Source of the DNA: Octopus bimaculoides | Lineage: Eukaryota | Direction: 5' to 3' | NCBI RefSeq assembly: GCF_001194135.2 | Contig: NC_068989.1 | Location: 51,937,230-52,001,229, forward strand | DNA length: 64,000 nucleotides | In this document: positions 1-12,118 of the stretch, one piece after another | Layout of the letters: each line of letters starts with the position of its first letter | Numbering within the stretch: position 1 is the first letter of the stretch | Made by a program: the position numbers and the translations under genes | Notes under the pieces: model-generated | What the model was told of the DNA's origin: nothing | The model's database searches: none | What the model saw: the letters and a program-made list of their open reading frames with translations, nothing else

Positions 1-441
1 CTAGCGACGCAATAAGCCTGTGAGCTTGTTAAATATTGTATATTTGGAACAGAAGCAGTGTGAAAATTAGATACATATTTATCCCCATTTTAACGAGGAT
101 TCTCTGTTAGAACAAACTGTAAATCAGTAGACATCATAAGAGAAACTGTCCTTCATACTGACATATANNNNNNNNNNNNNNNNNNNNNNNNNNNNNNNNN
201 NNNNNNNNNNNNNNNNNNNNNNNNNNNNNNNNNNNNNNNNNNNNNNNNNNNNNNNNNNNNNNNNNNNNNNNNNNNNNNNNNNNNNNNNNNNNNNNNNNNN
301 NNNNNNNNNNNNNNNNNNNNNNNNNNNNNNNNNNNNNNNNNNNNNNNNNNNCTTACGAACAATAGAAGTTTGTATTTGTGTACCTGTGACTGTGAGCATA
401 TATAGGTCTGTTTGTGAGAACAGATGTGTACGTGTGTGTGC

Positions 442-478
<37 letters not shown>

Positions 479-1456
479 CGCGCGCGCTTGTATATGCGCA
501 TACCACGTTCATGATGACAGAAGTTGGGGGTTGAAGTGGATGCATAAAGTTGTGAGTTTAGTCTGCAGTCTGCAGAGACATTGGTGGTTGGAATCCCTGT
601 TCTTGATTGTAGGGCAACCACACTTGAGGAGTAGCCGAAGTTAACGTCATATATTTGGGTTGTCGGCAGCCAATGATTTGAAGTTCCCCCAGAGAGTGTA
701 GCTCTGGTAGGATTAATTATATAGTTCGTACGAAGCAAAATAAATCAATTATAGAGTACCGCGTTTATTTTATATATATAAGCAAATTCGGTTGAATAAA
801 TTTTGGTACCCAATCTGTTACTGGTTTTAAAATATTTTCGTCATCTGCAACCCGTTTTAATATCTAAAATACTGCACTGGATTTATAAAGTAATGGCAAT
901 TAATAAAGTATTACCCATTTAATTGTTCTTCGTATTTTGGTTACGCATATTCATTCGGTTTTTGTTTGTTCTGTCATGAGAGAAAACATGCTTCAAGTGA
1001 TAGTTTGTAATTTAAATTACCAAATTATTCAGTTGCAATTTTGTATTCAGTAGTTCTGAACTGGTAAGTAGTTACACAAATCAATGTAGCAATGTAGCAA
1101 ATCGACGTAGCTTTATAGTATTTGAATCTAGTACAGCACTTCTTGCAGGATTAATCCATGACGAATATATAAGGGTAATTTATATTGCTAAATAGTGAGT
1201 GCTGAATAAAAGAATTAATTATTCTGCTTATTAGGCAAAAAAGCCCGTTATATTTTGTTTTGAGGAACGACCAACATGCCTTGAACCTGTCTATCAGGAA
1301 ACCTCATTCTCGCTTTTTGGTATATCGGATTATTTTAGTTTTTTGGTCAATGTGCCGGGTTAAATTAGATAATATTAAAGTTAAATCTCTTGAAATTACA
1401 GATATTCAAAGCAGGATACTTTCCAGTGTCCTTGCGCTACTCATAACAGATATATA

Positions 1457-1645
1457 CATCCAGAAATGCGGTAACAGAATAGGAGAGAAATTTAGGATTT
1501 CTCAGTTTTTTGTGAATGGATTGTAATAAAACGTTTCCGAAGCTGGTTGGCACACTATGTCAACATTGTTATGTGTTCATTATTCTGTGTAACGTCCTTT
1601 CTTTTTCATTTTAGATTCTTCAGTTTTGGAGTGAACCATGCTAAT
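1457..1645 (+). repeat. Left terminal inverted repeat (~189 bp) of the Tc1-like element
   Basis: Aligns by eye to the reverse complement of 2720-2910; more decayed at its outer end. Confidence 0.88.
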
Positions 1646-1668
1646 GGTGTATCTCCTCTCTAACAAGA

Positions 1669-2584
1669 ATGGAACGTGGAAAAGGCATTAACGATATTGC
1701 GGAGAAGTTTGGTCATCATGTAGACACGGTTAGATGACTCCTCAAGAACCACTCGCCAAGGAAGAAACGCTCCGATTGTAGGACATCCAAAACAGTGTGC
1801 TAGCTAGGGATTTGAAGAATATTGTCCACAAGTTACATGAGAAAACTGGACAAACAAGCAAATTCTTTTTCACCGCCTCTGGACTTACTCACCGAAAACC
1901 ACCACAAATCGCATCACCAGGACCATGACGTCCGTGCGAGAACCACTGAAACTGCCTCCTTTAAGATCTCTTCACAAGAGTTTGTATCTTCAATGGGAAG
2001 AAAAGTACATGACATCGGACATGAATTGCGTTCTGTTCACTGACGAAACCATGGCGAACCTTGACGGACCTGACACTTGGGCAAATGGTTAGGTCTATTT
2101 TGGAGATGTGCGTCACCAACGTTTATGACGTCAACAACAGAGGAGTGGAGTCATGTTGTGGGCTGGTGTCATTGGGGACAGACGTGTTTGCCCAGTCAGG
2201 GTGCCTGATGGGGTTAATCTGATAGCAGCCGCCTACTACAATCTCCTGAAGGCTGTTTTGGATATCTGGTTAAATGACGTACCGATGTCACTTCTGAGGA
2301 ATCTCGTATTCATGCATGGCAGCCCTCGCTTCTACTCTGCTAAGTCCACCCACACATTACTAGAGTCTTACGGCATACAAAGTGAAAGGTTGATGGTATG
2401 GCCGCCAGCATCACCGGATCTCAACAATATCGGAAATTGTTGGTCCATCATTAAGCATGATGTTTATACGTTGAAAGCTGCAGCAGAGGCTATCCAACCT
2501 GATACTTTTAATAAATTGACAGCTTCCATGACAAATAGTGTTTTTGCTGTTATCCGTCGAAATGGCACTCATGTAGCTAAATAA
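1669..2584 (+). pseudogene. Tc1-like DDE transposase pseudogene (stops and frameshifts)
   Basis: N-terminal HTH-like GKGINDIAEKFGHHVDTVR; VLFTDETMANLDGPDTW (first D); VMLWAG; FMHGSP (D>G); WPPASPDLNNIGNCW (SPDLNPIEN-like, E>G). Confidence 0.9.
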
Positions 2585-2719
2585 TTCATTATGTCAATAA
2601 ATGTTATATCATTATAATGGTTTTCTGTTAAATATATACTCAATGTATGCTAAATATGTATCATTACCCCTTATCTTCTGAAAAATAATGTCTAGAAAGG
2701 CAGTTTTCATTCAAAAGCG

Positions 2720-2910
2720 ATTAGCGTGGTTCACTCCAAAACTGAAGAATCTCAAATGAAAAAGAAAGGACATTAAGCAGAATATTGAAAACATAACAAT
2801 GGTGTTGCTATAGTGTGCAAAGCAGCGGGGAAACGTTTTATCAAAATCGATTCTCAGAAAACTGAGAAATTCTAAATTTCACTCCTAAGTTATTAGCGTG
2901 GTTCTGAGTG
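2720..2910 (-). repeat. Right terminal inverted repeat (~191 bp) with internal direct repeats
   Basis: attagcgtggttc occurs at both ends of the TIR (2720 and 2892). The TIR ends GAGTG followed by TA. Confidence 0.88.
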
Positions 2911-3364
2911 TATAACAGCAAATATATGCAGTTGTGTGAGGAAGCATACCACGCACGTATTTCTTGGAACAGATCAACATCGCATAATTTGCTCCGGAGG
3001 GAAACCATAGAAACCGTCACTCTTTTACACCTTAATAGCTTTAAACAATCAGTTTAGATTCTCATTAGCAAACGGTGAAACGTATCGTATTTGAATTTAT
3101 TATTTCATTGTGATGTCTGCTGTGTTGTACATGAACTGATGTTAAAGTAACAAAGTGGTATCAGAAGCACAGATACAAAATTACACTATACATGAACGTA
3201 CTACCGTAATGTATGAATATTATATATATACAAGGTGAAGAAGCAGCCCTCTTGGGCCGTCCATTTAAATTTCACCTCTTTTCCTTCTACACTAGTCTTT
3301 AGAAAGAATGTGTTCTAATACTATTTTTTTTACCGACAGTGTGGTTTTGTAATATTCCTATATA

Positions 3365-3401
<37 letters not shown>

Positions 3402-4504
3402 CACTTCACATTGTGTTTTGTATAAACGGTTCTCTTGACATGAAAGCTCTCTTAAAGCATGTATTTATGTGATTACATATACATTTCTATTATACTTGAT
3501 GCGTGGTTTTGTTATTCATTTCATCTTTGGATTTAAAATCAACACCATCATCGTTCCCAGTATTAATAATAATTCAATTCATATCTAGCTTTTAGATCCT
3601 ATGATGAGATGTTTGGCTTTTACTCCGAAATCGTGAATAACAAACAATTAGTTTAATCAGAGCGAATTTTCCGATGACTCTAAAGCTGAATGTGTTGCAA
3701 ACAGTTCAGGATTGTAATTCTTAAGGAATAAATCTCACCTCTTTCACATCTTAAATTAGGTACATGTTACTTTTAGCAGTGCTGTGGATAAGTTGTTTCC
3801 AAACCTTTTGTTACCATGTACATGCAATGCTGACTGTGATGACAGTAAGTAGAAGGATGAGGATGATGAAAAGGAAGGAAAAACAGATAGAACTGGAAGA
3901 AAAAGAAAGTGAATTGAACTCACACGTTTCTTTAGGTTTTCTACAAACATTTCATAGATTATCTATCTCCTTCATGTGTTCTCAATGTTATTTGATGTTG
4001 ATCGTTTTCAGACATTTACTCTTTGAGGATAAAATGTCTGAGAGTTTCTCCATATCTTTTCTGTTTGTATGTACCATCTTGGAAGAGGAGCTTTTGGTAT
4101 AATAAAAATGCTTATTTGAAACGCCTTATATAAATTTGATCAGTAAATACTGTAAAATGAATCGCAATATGCGTTTAAGAGACCCTTCTCATTCCAGTAA
4201 CTCTCAAGTGGCTTCTGGACGTTTGACATTGGCACTAATTCAGGTATTCAAATATATTAAAGTTATGGAAGGGTGGATTTGAGAATTAGTATAGTTTTGG
4301 TACTGGTACATGAAGCGTTCGCTGCATGGTACATAAGATATTCAACTTAATGAATACTAAAGTTTTCATATATATACAGAGGGATTGATATATAGATATG
4401 TATATACTGTTATGTATGTTTGTTGCGTTTACTTAATATCAAATATATAACATTACCGATTATATAACAGTTATGGTTTTATATCTCAGTCTACTTACAA
4501 TATT

Positions 4505-6817
4505 TAATTTAATGCACAAACTCTTAGGATCTCCTTCTGTAACAACGATAAAAGTGCTAATTTCTTGGACGTAACTCTCCATTTGCAAATCCAAACCTTC
4601 TACCCACACCACAGACCCGGAGAAAACCTCAACTACGTGCGTGAACTTCTTCTCCACCGCTGTCAGTCCTAAAATCTATTGCGGAAATCGTTTCCTACCG
4701 GATTTCCTCACTATCTACTAATAAAGATTTATTCTAGCACTATGCAGAATATTACAATTCTGCCCTACAACGTACCGGCTATAAAAACTCAATTGAATCT
4801 TTCACCATGTAGAATATTCCTCCACCCACTAAACCCAGAACTATAACCAGTTCTTTTCCACCATGTTATGAACGTAAAATTCCCCTATCCCACCACTCCA
4901 ATACTCGTCCAAATTTCAATAACAGACGACCTAACAAACAACCATCCGGCCAGATGACTCCAAATCCTATATATATCGCAACTCACCGAAACACACACAC
5001 CGGCGTGCACCTCCAAAGCCCTATCCCCAACCAGTTAACCCTCCACCCTAATCGGGTTAAACGAACAAGCACCCGGGACGTTATCTGGTTCCACACCTTC
5101 GCCCTTAATGTTGAGACTCAGGTACCTAAATTATTCTTCGCCCTGCTCAAAAAACATTTCCCTAAATCTAGCCTCCTAAGAAAAATATTTAACCCCCAAT
5201 CTATAAAATTGTCCTACTCTACCACCAACAACATTGCCGGAGGTATCCGACATCCGAACAAGAATCACAGAAATCCACAACCAGCTAACTCTCACCCTAA
5301 TAACTTAACTCTACCTACCCTCCAGCTCCACCAATTGACCCCCTTAACTACACCATCCTCTATGATTCCAGCTATAATTCCACTATTAACACCCGATTCT
5401 TAAATTTGTCACTACGCCCAATTATATCTCTTATAAAAATAGAAAGTGATACAGACGATACCACTGGACAGAATAATTTTCATACTATAGAACCCCATGA
5501 CACCACCCTCAATTCCCTAAAATACACTCATTTTAATGCTAGCAAAAAAAAAAAGGGAACCTAACACCAGTTCCTTATCAAATAACAATCCCCTTCACAA
5601 GTTTATCCGGACCCCACCTACGAATTTATGCAGCTCCAGATGCCCAAGCTATTGTCCTTTAGATAATCGCTCTCTCACAAAAACAACGCATACAAGTGTA
5701 CAGTTTCAGCTGCCAATTGTAATTACATATCTAACGGTTCATGCCGCACCACCTTCAAAGCCAGAGTGAGGAACCATTACTCCAATTTCAAGACGCAAGC
5801 AAAATCCAACAGTACATTGTTATCTTAGCTTATCAATAAATTAAATATTGATTCAACTCCTGAAACTCTCAAGTGAGTACATAGTCATCCACGCCAAACC
5901 ATACAGCAGCTAAAATAACAAGTGTGATCTCTGTATAGCCGAGGTCTTAGTTATTTTGCCATCTTAGGATTGTCTTGATGAACGCAACAGTATAATTTTT
6001 ACCTGGGATTATCGATCACTAAATCTATTCTCAAGATACACATAACAACTCCACCCGCTTTTTCCCCCTAGCCTTCATAAATTGCATCTCTTATTTACCC
6101 TCATTACCCCTATATATTAAACTAACAATATATCTTGCCTTTAATTCCGCATTGTCGTTTACATACTTCCCTCTGTATCTTTCCTTACCATTTATAAACA
6201 TTTTTCTCGTGTTTCACCTGCCTCCCCCGCCTAACCCTCCTTACATATTCCAACATACACCTCTATTGATTCATAATGTAGACACGCTCATCACACACAA
6301 TATACATTCCTTAATTGATAGCTATTAGTAGCTGCCACGAATCTTCTTCATTCTCTCTTGATTTCTTCATGCATACATTTTTCTCCCACTTGACCAAAAA
6401 CATTTCTCCATCCGCTTCCCCCACATTAGCTTTTTTTTTTCAAATACCACTCCCCTTGTTAATTTCTGTGATTCGACTAAAATAGCTCTATTGAGTACTA
6501 CATGTCAAATGTGCTTGCTTAAATTATTCATTCCTCTCACTCCGTTATGTTTTTTCTTTTTAAATACTAATTTCTCTCTACATTTCTATTCCCTACTCCT
6601 ACTGTACTCTCAAAATATTCTGATTGAATCTTCTATGTGTTAACATATACCTCGTTATGACAATGTAAACTTTCATTTAATCAAGATATCCTTGACCTGA
6701 AGAATAGCCTGCAGTATTCACCTATACCTCGTTTAGATATTTACCACTTCCGAGGTTCCACTCGCTGTGAAAAATATGTAGCCCGGATCTTATCTCTCCC
6801 ATTTCTTATCTATTCTG

Positions 6818-6820
<3 letters not shown>
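4505..6820 (+). mobile_element. 5'-truncated Penelope-like retroelement (RT thumb, GIY-YIG, C-rich 3' region), Naiad/Neptune-like
   Basis: ANFLDVTL...HRPGENLNYV (RT C-terminus, ~4556-4640); RDVIWFH..FALNV..FFALLKKHFPKSSLLRKIFNPQSIKLSYS (ORF 4954-5403); CSSRCPSYCPLD (~5628); NKCDLCIAEVLVIL and DERNSI (~5918-5990). Many stops and frameshifts. Confidence 0.88.
6674..6775 (+). ncRNA. Candidate type III-like hammerhead ribozyme at the PLE 3' end (degenerate)
   Basis: ATTT-A, stem I TCAAG/CTTGA, CTGAAGA (6697-6703), stem II ATAGC/GCTGT around a long insert, GAAA (6769-72), AAT. Confidence 0.35.
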
Positions 6821-6861
<41 letters not shown>

Positions 6862-7958
6862 AATATATATTTATTTATTTATATATTTATATAATTATAT
6901 ACATACGAGTATGATTACATACTCACAGACACAAAAATACCGTTTAATATAAAATTTTACTAATCACTTTTCACCCGCTACACCTTCTCAAGCTAATATT
7001 TCATAATGTAAAATTCCCAAACAGCTTTGGCGAGTAATGTTGTTGTTCGTTGTAACCGTCCACATCCTCAGGTCTGAAGTTCAGAAACTTCTATCTGTTC
7101 CTATTGTTGCTCCTCTTTTTCAATCCCCTTTACCCCTGTTATCTCCTCTGTAATAATTTAGCGGAATTTTATAAGTAATGTCAGCCTCATTAGCAAATTC
7201 AAACGTACATTGTATTTCAGGAAATTTATCTCAAAATTTAATTTTTGCTTTTGTATTTTGTTTGCTAGTATTTTTTTTTCTTTGTTGGTATTCCGTAATT
7301 TAAGTAAACGTAATTTCATCTCGAAATATAAATTTTGTCAATTTACTGATGTGCACGACATTGTGAACTATATTAATAATACTATAGGACTTCTCAGGAT
7401 TCATTTTATTTCATCGTTTTAACATCTTAGCCAAAATTTAGTTACTTAATTACAAATACAAACATTCATTAGACTATGGAAAAGCTTCAGTCAATAAAAT
7501 AAAAGAAAAGAACGCGAAAGATGGAGGGAAATTATTTTGTATAATTAGAAAGCAATTGCATTAGCGAAAATGTTTGTAGGACGGAATATCACGGCAAAAT
7601 GAATATCACAGCAAAATGAAAGATAGATGTGATTCTCATCTTTCTATGAGAAGAAGCCATTTAACTACATTTTAATGTTTTACGCATGAAAACGCCAGTG
7701 GGAGATTCCACGGATGTCTGCAGCCGAAAAGATCTTAAGAATATCTAATATAACATTATTATTTGGTTTTACTATCCCCTAGGCTGTAATTAAAACATCT
7801 ACTCTCGAATTGCGTCTACATTTGTTAAAGCTGACATTTTTAATTAATTAATTGACATATAAATTTTATGCGCGCCCAGTCACTAAGGAGGCGACACACA
7901 ACCATGCAGACACGTACATAAAAGAATATACACCTATGATATTTTACCAATTTATTAA

Positions 7959-8370
7959 GGCGGCCAGCAAGTAAGATCATTAACATGCCGGTCATAATAT
8001 TTAGCGCCACATAGGCCGGCTTTACGTTCTGAGTTCAAATGCCACCAGAGATATCATTGTCTTTCATCCTTTTGCGCAATGAGATCGATGTGAACGACTA
8101 ATCCTCTTTCCTGAACTTGCTAGTCTTGTACCAAAATTTGAAATCAATATATTAAGGCGATGAGGTGACAGAATAGTTAGCATGCCGGGCAAAATGCTTA
8201 GCGGCATTTAGTCCGTCTTTATATTCTGAGTTCAAATTCCGCCGTGGTCGACTTTGCATCTCATTCTTACAGAACAGACAATGCTTACTAGTTAAGGGAT
8301 GGCGTCAATATAATCGACTAGCACCCTCTCCCGAATTCGCTGTGGCAAAAGTCGAAGGCAATATTTTAAC
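7959..8370 (+). mobile_element. Head-to-tail dimer of a tRNA-derived SINE
   Basis: Two units start ggcg at 7959 and 8156. Both carry ttctgagttcaaat (B-box-like) and gtcgactttgc-like cores, and are homologous to 43378-43600. Confidence 0.8.
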
Positions 8371-8615
8371 AATATTCTTATAGACGTGTTGTGTGTTTGC
8401 GTGTAAGTGTGTACGCCTGCATATACATGTACATATATATATATATATATACATATANNNNNNNNNNNNNNNNNNNNNNNNNNNNNNNNNNNNNNNNNNN
8501 NNNNNNNNNNNNNNNNNNNNNNNNNNNNNNNNNNNNNNNNNNNNNNNNNNNNNNNNNNNNNNNNNNNNNNNNNNNNNNNNNNNNNNNNNNNNNNNNNNNN
8601 NNNNNNNNNNNNNNN

Positions 8616-8649
<34 letters not shown>

Positions 8650-8954
8650 TGTTATAATATCTTTTTGGATAGGCGAATGAGTGGTGCACGGTACAAAAAT
8701 TTTCTCCCCGTCATATATACCAAGCTTGTACAAATCGTTGCTACACCATCCGCGTAAGTGGACCCTGGACAGGTTAGATTGTACTGGGATCGAATCGTAT
8801 AAGTAGTAAAAATTAAGTAAAACAATACACTGACATTATAGAAGATCCATTTCTTATCATATATTAGGCAAATCTGAAACGTACGTCTGAAATGATATCA
8901 AAATATAACTATTTGGTTTGACATCATTATTAGAACTTACACACATACGCACAC

Positions 8955-9070
8955 ACACACGCACTTGCTTCCTTCACACACATTTGCTTCCTTCACACAC
9001 ACTTACTTCCTTCAATCACACTTGCTTCCTTCACACACACTTGCTTCCTTCACACACACTTGCTTCCTTC
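8955..9070. repeat. Minisatellite, ~6 copies of 19-bp cacacacacttgcttcctt
   Basis: Tandem units read directly. Confidence 0.9.
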
Positions 9071-10134
9071 TCTATATTATTTTTATCACGTTCACTTTGC
9101 CATATTGCATTTGATTATTAATGCAGTACTGCTACAAGGTAAATTTCTACCCGTTATCGATGAAAGGAGATATCAAAAGTGCAAGCGAGTTGCGGAAAAA
9201 TGAAACGCAGTGACACAAAAAAAAGGAAGAAATAAATCACTTAACGTGCACTAACAAATTTGTCGATATATAATTAACTACCTGTTGGTGGTATTTATAA
9301 ATTAGAAAATTACATCACAATGTCAATTTAACATCACCTCGGTGCATATTCTAGCAATTATATGCGATTCAATGGAGAAGGGAATCATATTCCAAATAAT
9401 AACCGTGCAAATCTATGGCAATTTTTGTCTTTGTAAGAGGCATCATAGGCATTTTATAACTGACATTTGTATATACTTGTGCCTTTCTCTGTGTATTAAT
9501 GATTACGTATATATATGTGCTCGTGTGTGTAAGTGTGTATCAGTGCGTGCATGTGTGTGTACACAAATATGTATTTATACATATCTTAATTTCTATGCGT
9601 GCATGCATCATACACAAACACCCTTGTGTGTTTGTGCATTGATATTTGAATATATATAGCTCTTCCTCTACCTATGTTTGTATATATCTATAAGTGTGTG
9701 TGAGAGTACAGGAGTGCAGGAGTACATGTACGCGTATGTGGTTGTGTATGTATATTCGGATAAAAGAACACGCGGAGATATCAGCTACCAGCTGTGTTAA
9801 TGTAACACTATTATTTGCATTTGATTAGAAACGCAAATAAGCATTAAACAAATTAATGCACTTTCATATATTATTTATATCAAAACACGCTTTCTGTAAC
9901 TTATAATTAATGGAATTGAGGTGAGCTGAATTATTGCATTCCCTGAAATTAAAGTAAACTGTTTATATTTTTCTGCGTTGAATGATATACTGAAATGGTC
10001 TGTGCAACGTTTTAATTGTCAATCAAATATCAGTTGATCCTTGCAAGAAACTGCGAACTCCTCTAGGGATCTACGTAAAGTAACATCATCTGGGTTTATT
10101 AATAACATATATACATCTGTATATATACAGATGA

Positions 10135-10176
<42 letters not shown>

Positions 10177-10334
10177 TATACAAACCTATTCATCTGCATG
10201 TACACAGAGCATGAGCTATACGTTAATTTCTAACAACTTCTCCTCGGTACTGCTGTGGCAAAGAGGAATCATAATACATATGCATATAAGTATATGTATC
10301 ACACATACGCACACAAACATACACATACACATAT

Positions 10335-10379
<45 letters not shown>

Positions 10380-11231
10380 GTGTATATTTGTGTGCGCGAC
10401 TGTCTTGACGTTATCTTATCTTCTATATGTGTGTATGTGTGTGTGTATTTGAAAGTATCTATACGTTATGATTCCCCTCAGACGTAGCTGTTGTATGTCG
10501 GTAGAGATGTATATATATATATATACGTACAAATTCGATTTATTTTCAATTTTCGATTTATTTCCAAGTGTTCTTGCATTTTGGCATGTTTCTGTGTTAT
10601 AGATTTTATCATTTATTTCTTCGCCACACAAACACACAAACACACACTCACACACAGACACACATAAACTCACACACATATATACCTATAAATATGATTA
10701 TAATTAAGGACATTAAGCTAATCTAGAAGTTGATCAATCCCGAGCTACCTCCTTCGATTTCAACACGAGTGTAATTTTGCGATGATTTCAAGTAGTTGGA
10801 CGATTTAAAGTCTCTTTTCAGCATATATGCTAGTTTTTTTTTTTTTACATGCTCTTAATTATAATTATAAATATGATCTCACCTTAATAGATCTATTTTT
10901 GTACACTAGCCACTGATAAATTGTTAGCCTTTATTGTTATACGTGTGTGTATNNNNNNNNNNNNNNNNNNNNNNNNNNNNNNNNNNNNNNNNNNNNNNNN
11001 NNNNNNNNNNNNNNNNNNNNNNNNNNNNNNNNNNNNNNNNNNNNNNNNNNNNNNNNNNNNNNNNNNNNNNNNNNNNNNNNNNNNNNNNNNNNNNNNNNNN
11101 NNNNNNNNNNNNNNNNNNNNNNNNNNNNNNNNNNNNNNNNNNNNNNNNNNNNNNNNNNNNNNNNNNNNNNNNNNNNNNNNNNNNNNNNNNNNNNNNNNNN
11201 NNNNNNNNNNNNNNNNNNNNNNNNNNNNNNN

Positions 11232-11431
11232 AAAATAAAAATGGATGGCACCATGAAAGAAAGTATTGAATGTAGATGAAATATTGAGTGTTCAATATAA
11301 AGGATCAAATATATAAATATATAAATATAAATATATATATATAAAGGCGACTCGAGTTTCAGGGCTATTTCCCTTCGTCATGGCCGGTATGACAGACTTT
11401 AAAAGAGACTGGTGCCATCCATTTTTATTTT
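11232..11431. repeat. Perfect 22-bp inverted repeat enclosing ~156 bp
   Basis: aaaataaaaatggatggcacca (11232-11253) vs tggtgccatccatttttatttt (11410-11431). The left arm abuts an N gap. Confidence 0.85.
11346..11385 (-). ncRNA. Minimal type I hammerhead ribozyme-like motif
   Basis: Minus strand reads GGC-C(A)UGACGA-AGGG aaauag CCCU-GAAA-CUCGAG-UC^GCC. It has stems I and II, a palindromic stem III (ACUCGAGU), a GUC cleavage triplet and one extra A in the core. Confidence 0.6.
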
Positions 11432-11564
11432 ATTTTATTTTATATTGTATATTGTATATCATATTATATATTGTATATTCCATATTCTATACCCCACATT
11501 AGTTATGCAGGAATATAAATAAAACATAAAAAACAGACAGTGTTGGAACTCTTTTAAGCAAAAT

Positions 11565-11620
<56 letters not shown>

Positions 11621-11727
11621 TGTGTGTGTATATACATATGTATATAAACATATATATAAAGAGAGAGAGAGAGGTTGGTTGATAGACAGACAGATAACTA
11701 GACAGCCAATTAGTTAGTTTAGTTAGT

Positions 11728-11728
<1 letters not shown>

Positions 11729-11779
<51 letters not shown>
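11729..11779. repeat. (GATA)n microsatellite
   Basis: Read directly. Confidence 0.95.
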
Positions 11780-11781
<2 letters not shown>

Positions 11782-12044
11782 TGTATACGTATTAATATGC
11801 ATTATGCATAAAGTGCAGAGAAAATGAGGTAGGGAAAAATTCAGCTCCGGGTATGACCAAATATGTCCCTCATGATAGTTTGCACAATGGCGAAGCCATA
11901 TAGCAGTATGACATGGCTACCATCTACTTGCCTGTACTTCACTTCAACTCTCTCTCTCTCGCTCTCTCTTTGTCTTCTTAATGTGTATGCAAATGTATGT
12001 AGGGACATACTCTTATATACGCGCACATACGTATACACACAATC

Positions 12045-12118
<74 letters not shown>

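Larger units (their letters stand above)
1457..2910 (+). mobile_element. Full-length degenerate Tc1-like (IS630-Tc1-mariner) DNA transposon with long TIRs
   Basis: 1457-1645 matches the reverse complement of 2720-2910 (e.g. ttcttcagttttggagtgaacca vs tggttcactccaaaactgaagaa). TA flanks both ends (1455-56, 2911-12). A transposase remnant lies between the TIRs. Confidence 0.9.

Noticed and set aside
3232-3290. gtgaagaagcagccctcttgggc hairpin
   Set aside because: Lacks the GAAA half of a hammerhead core.
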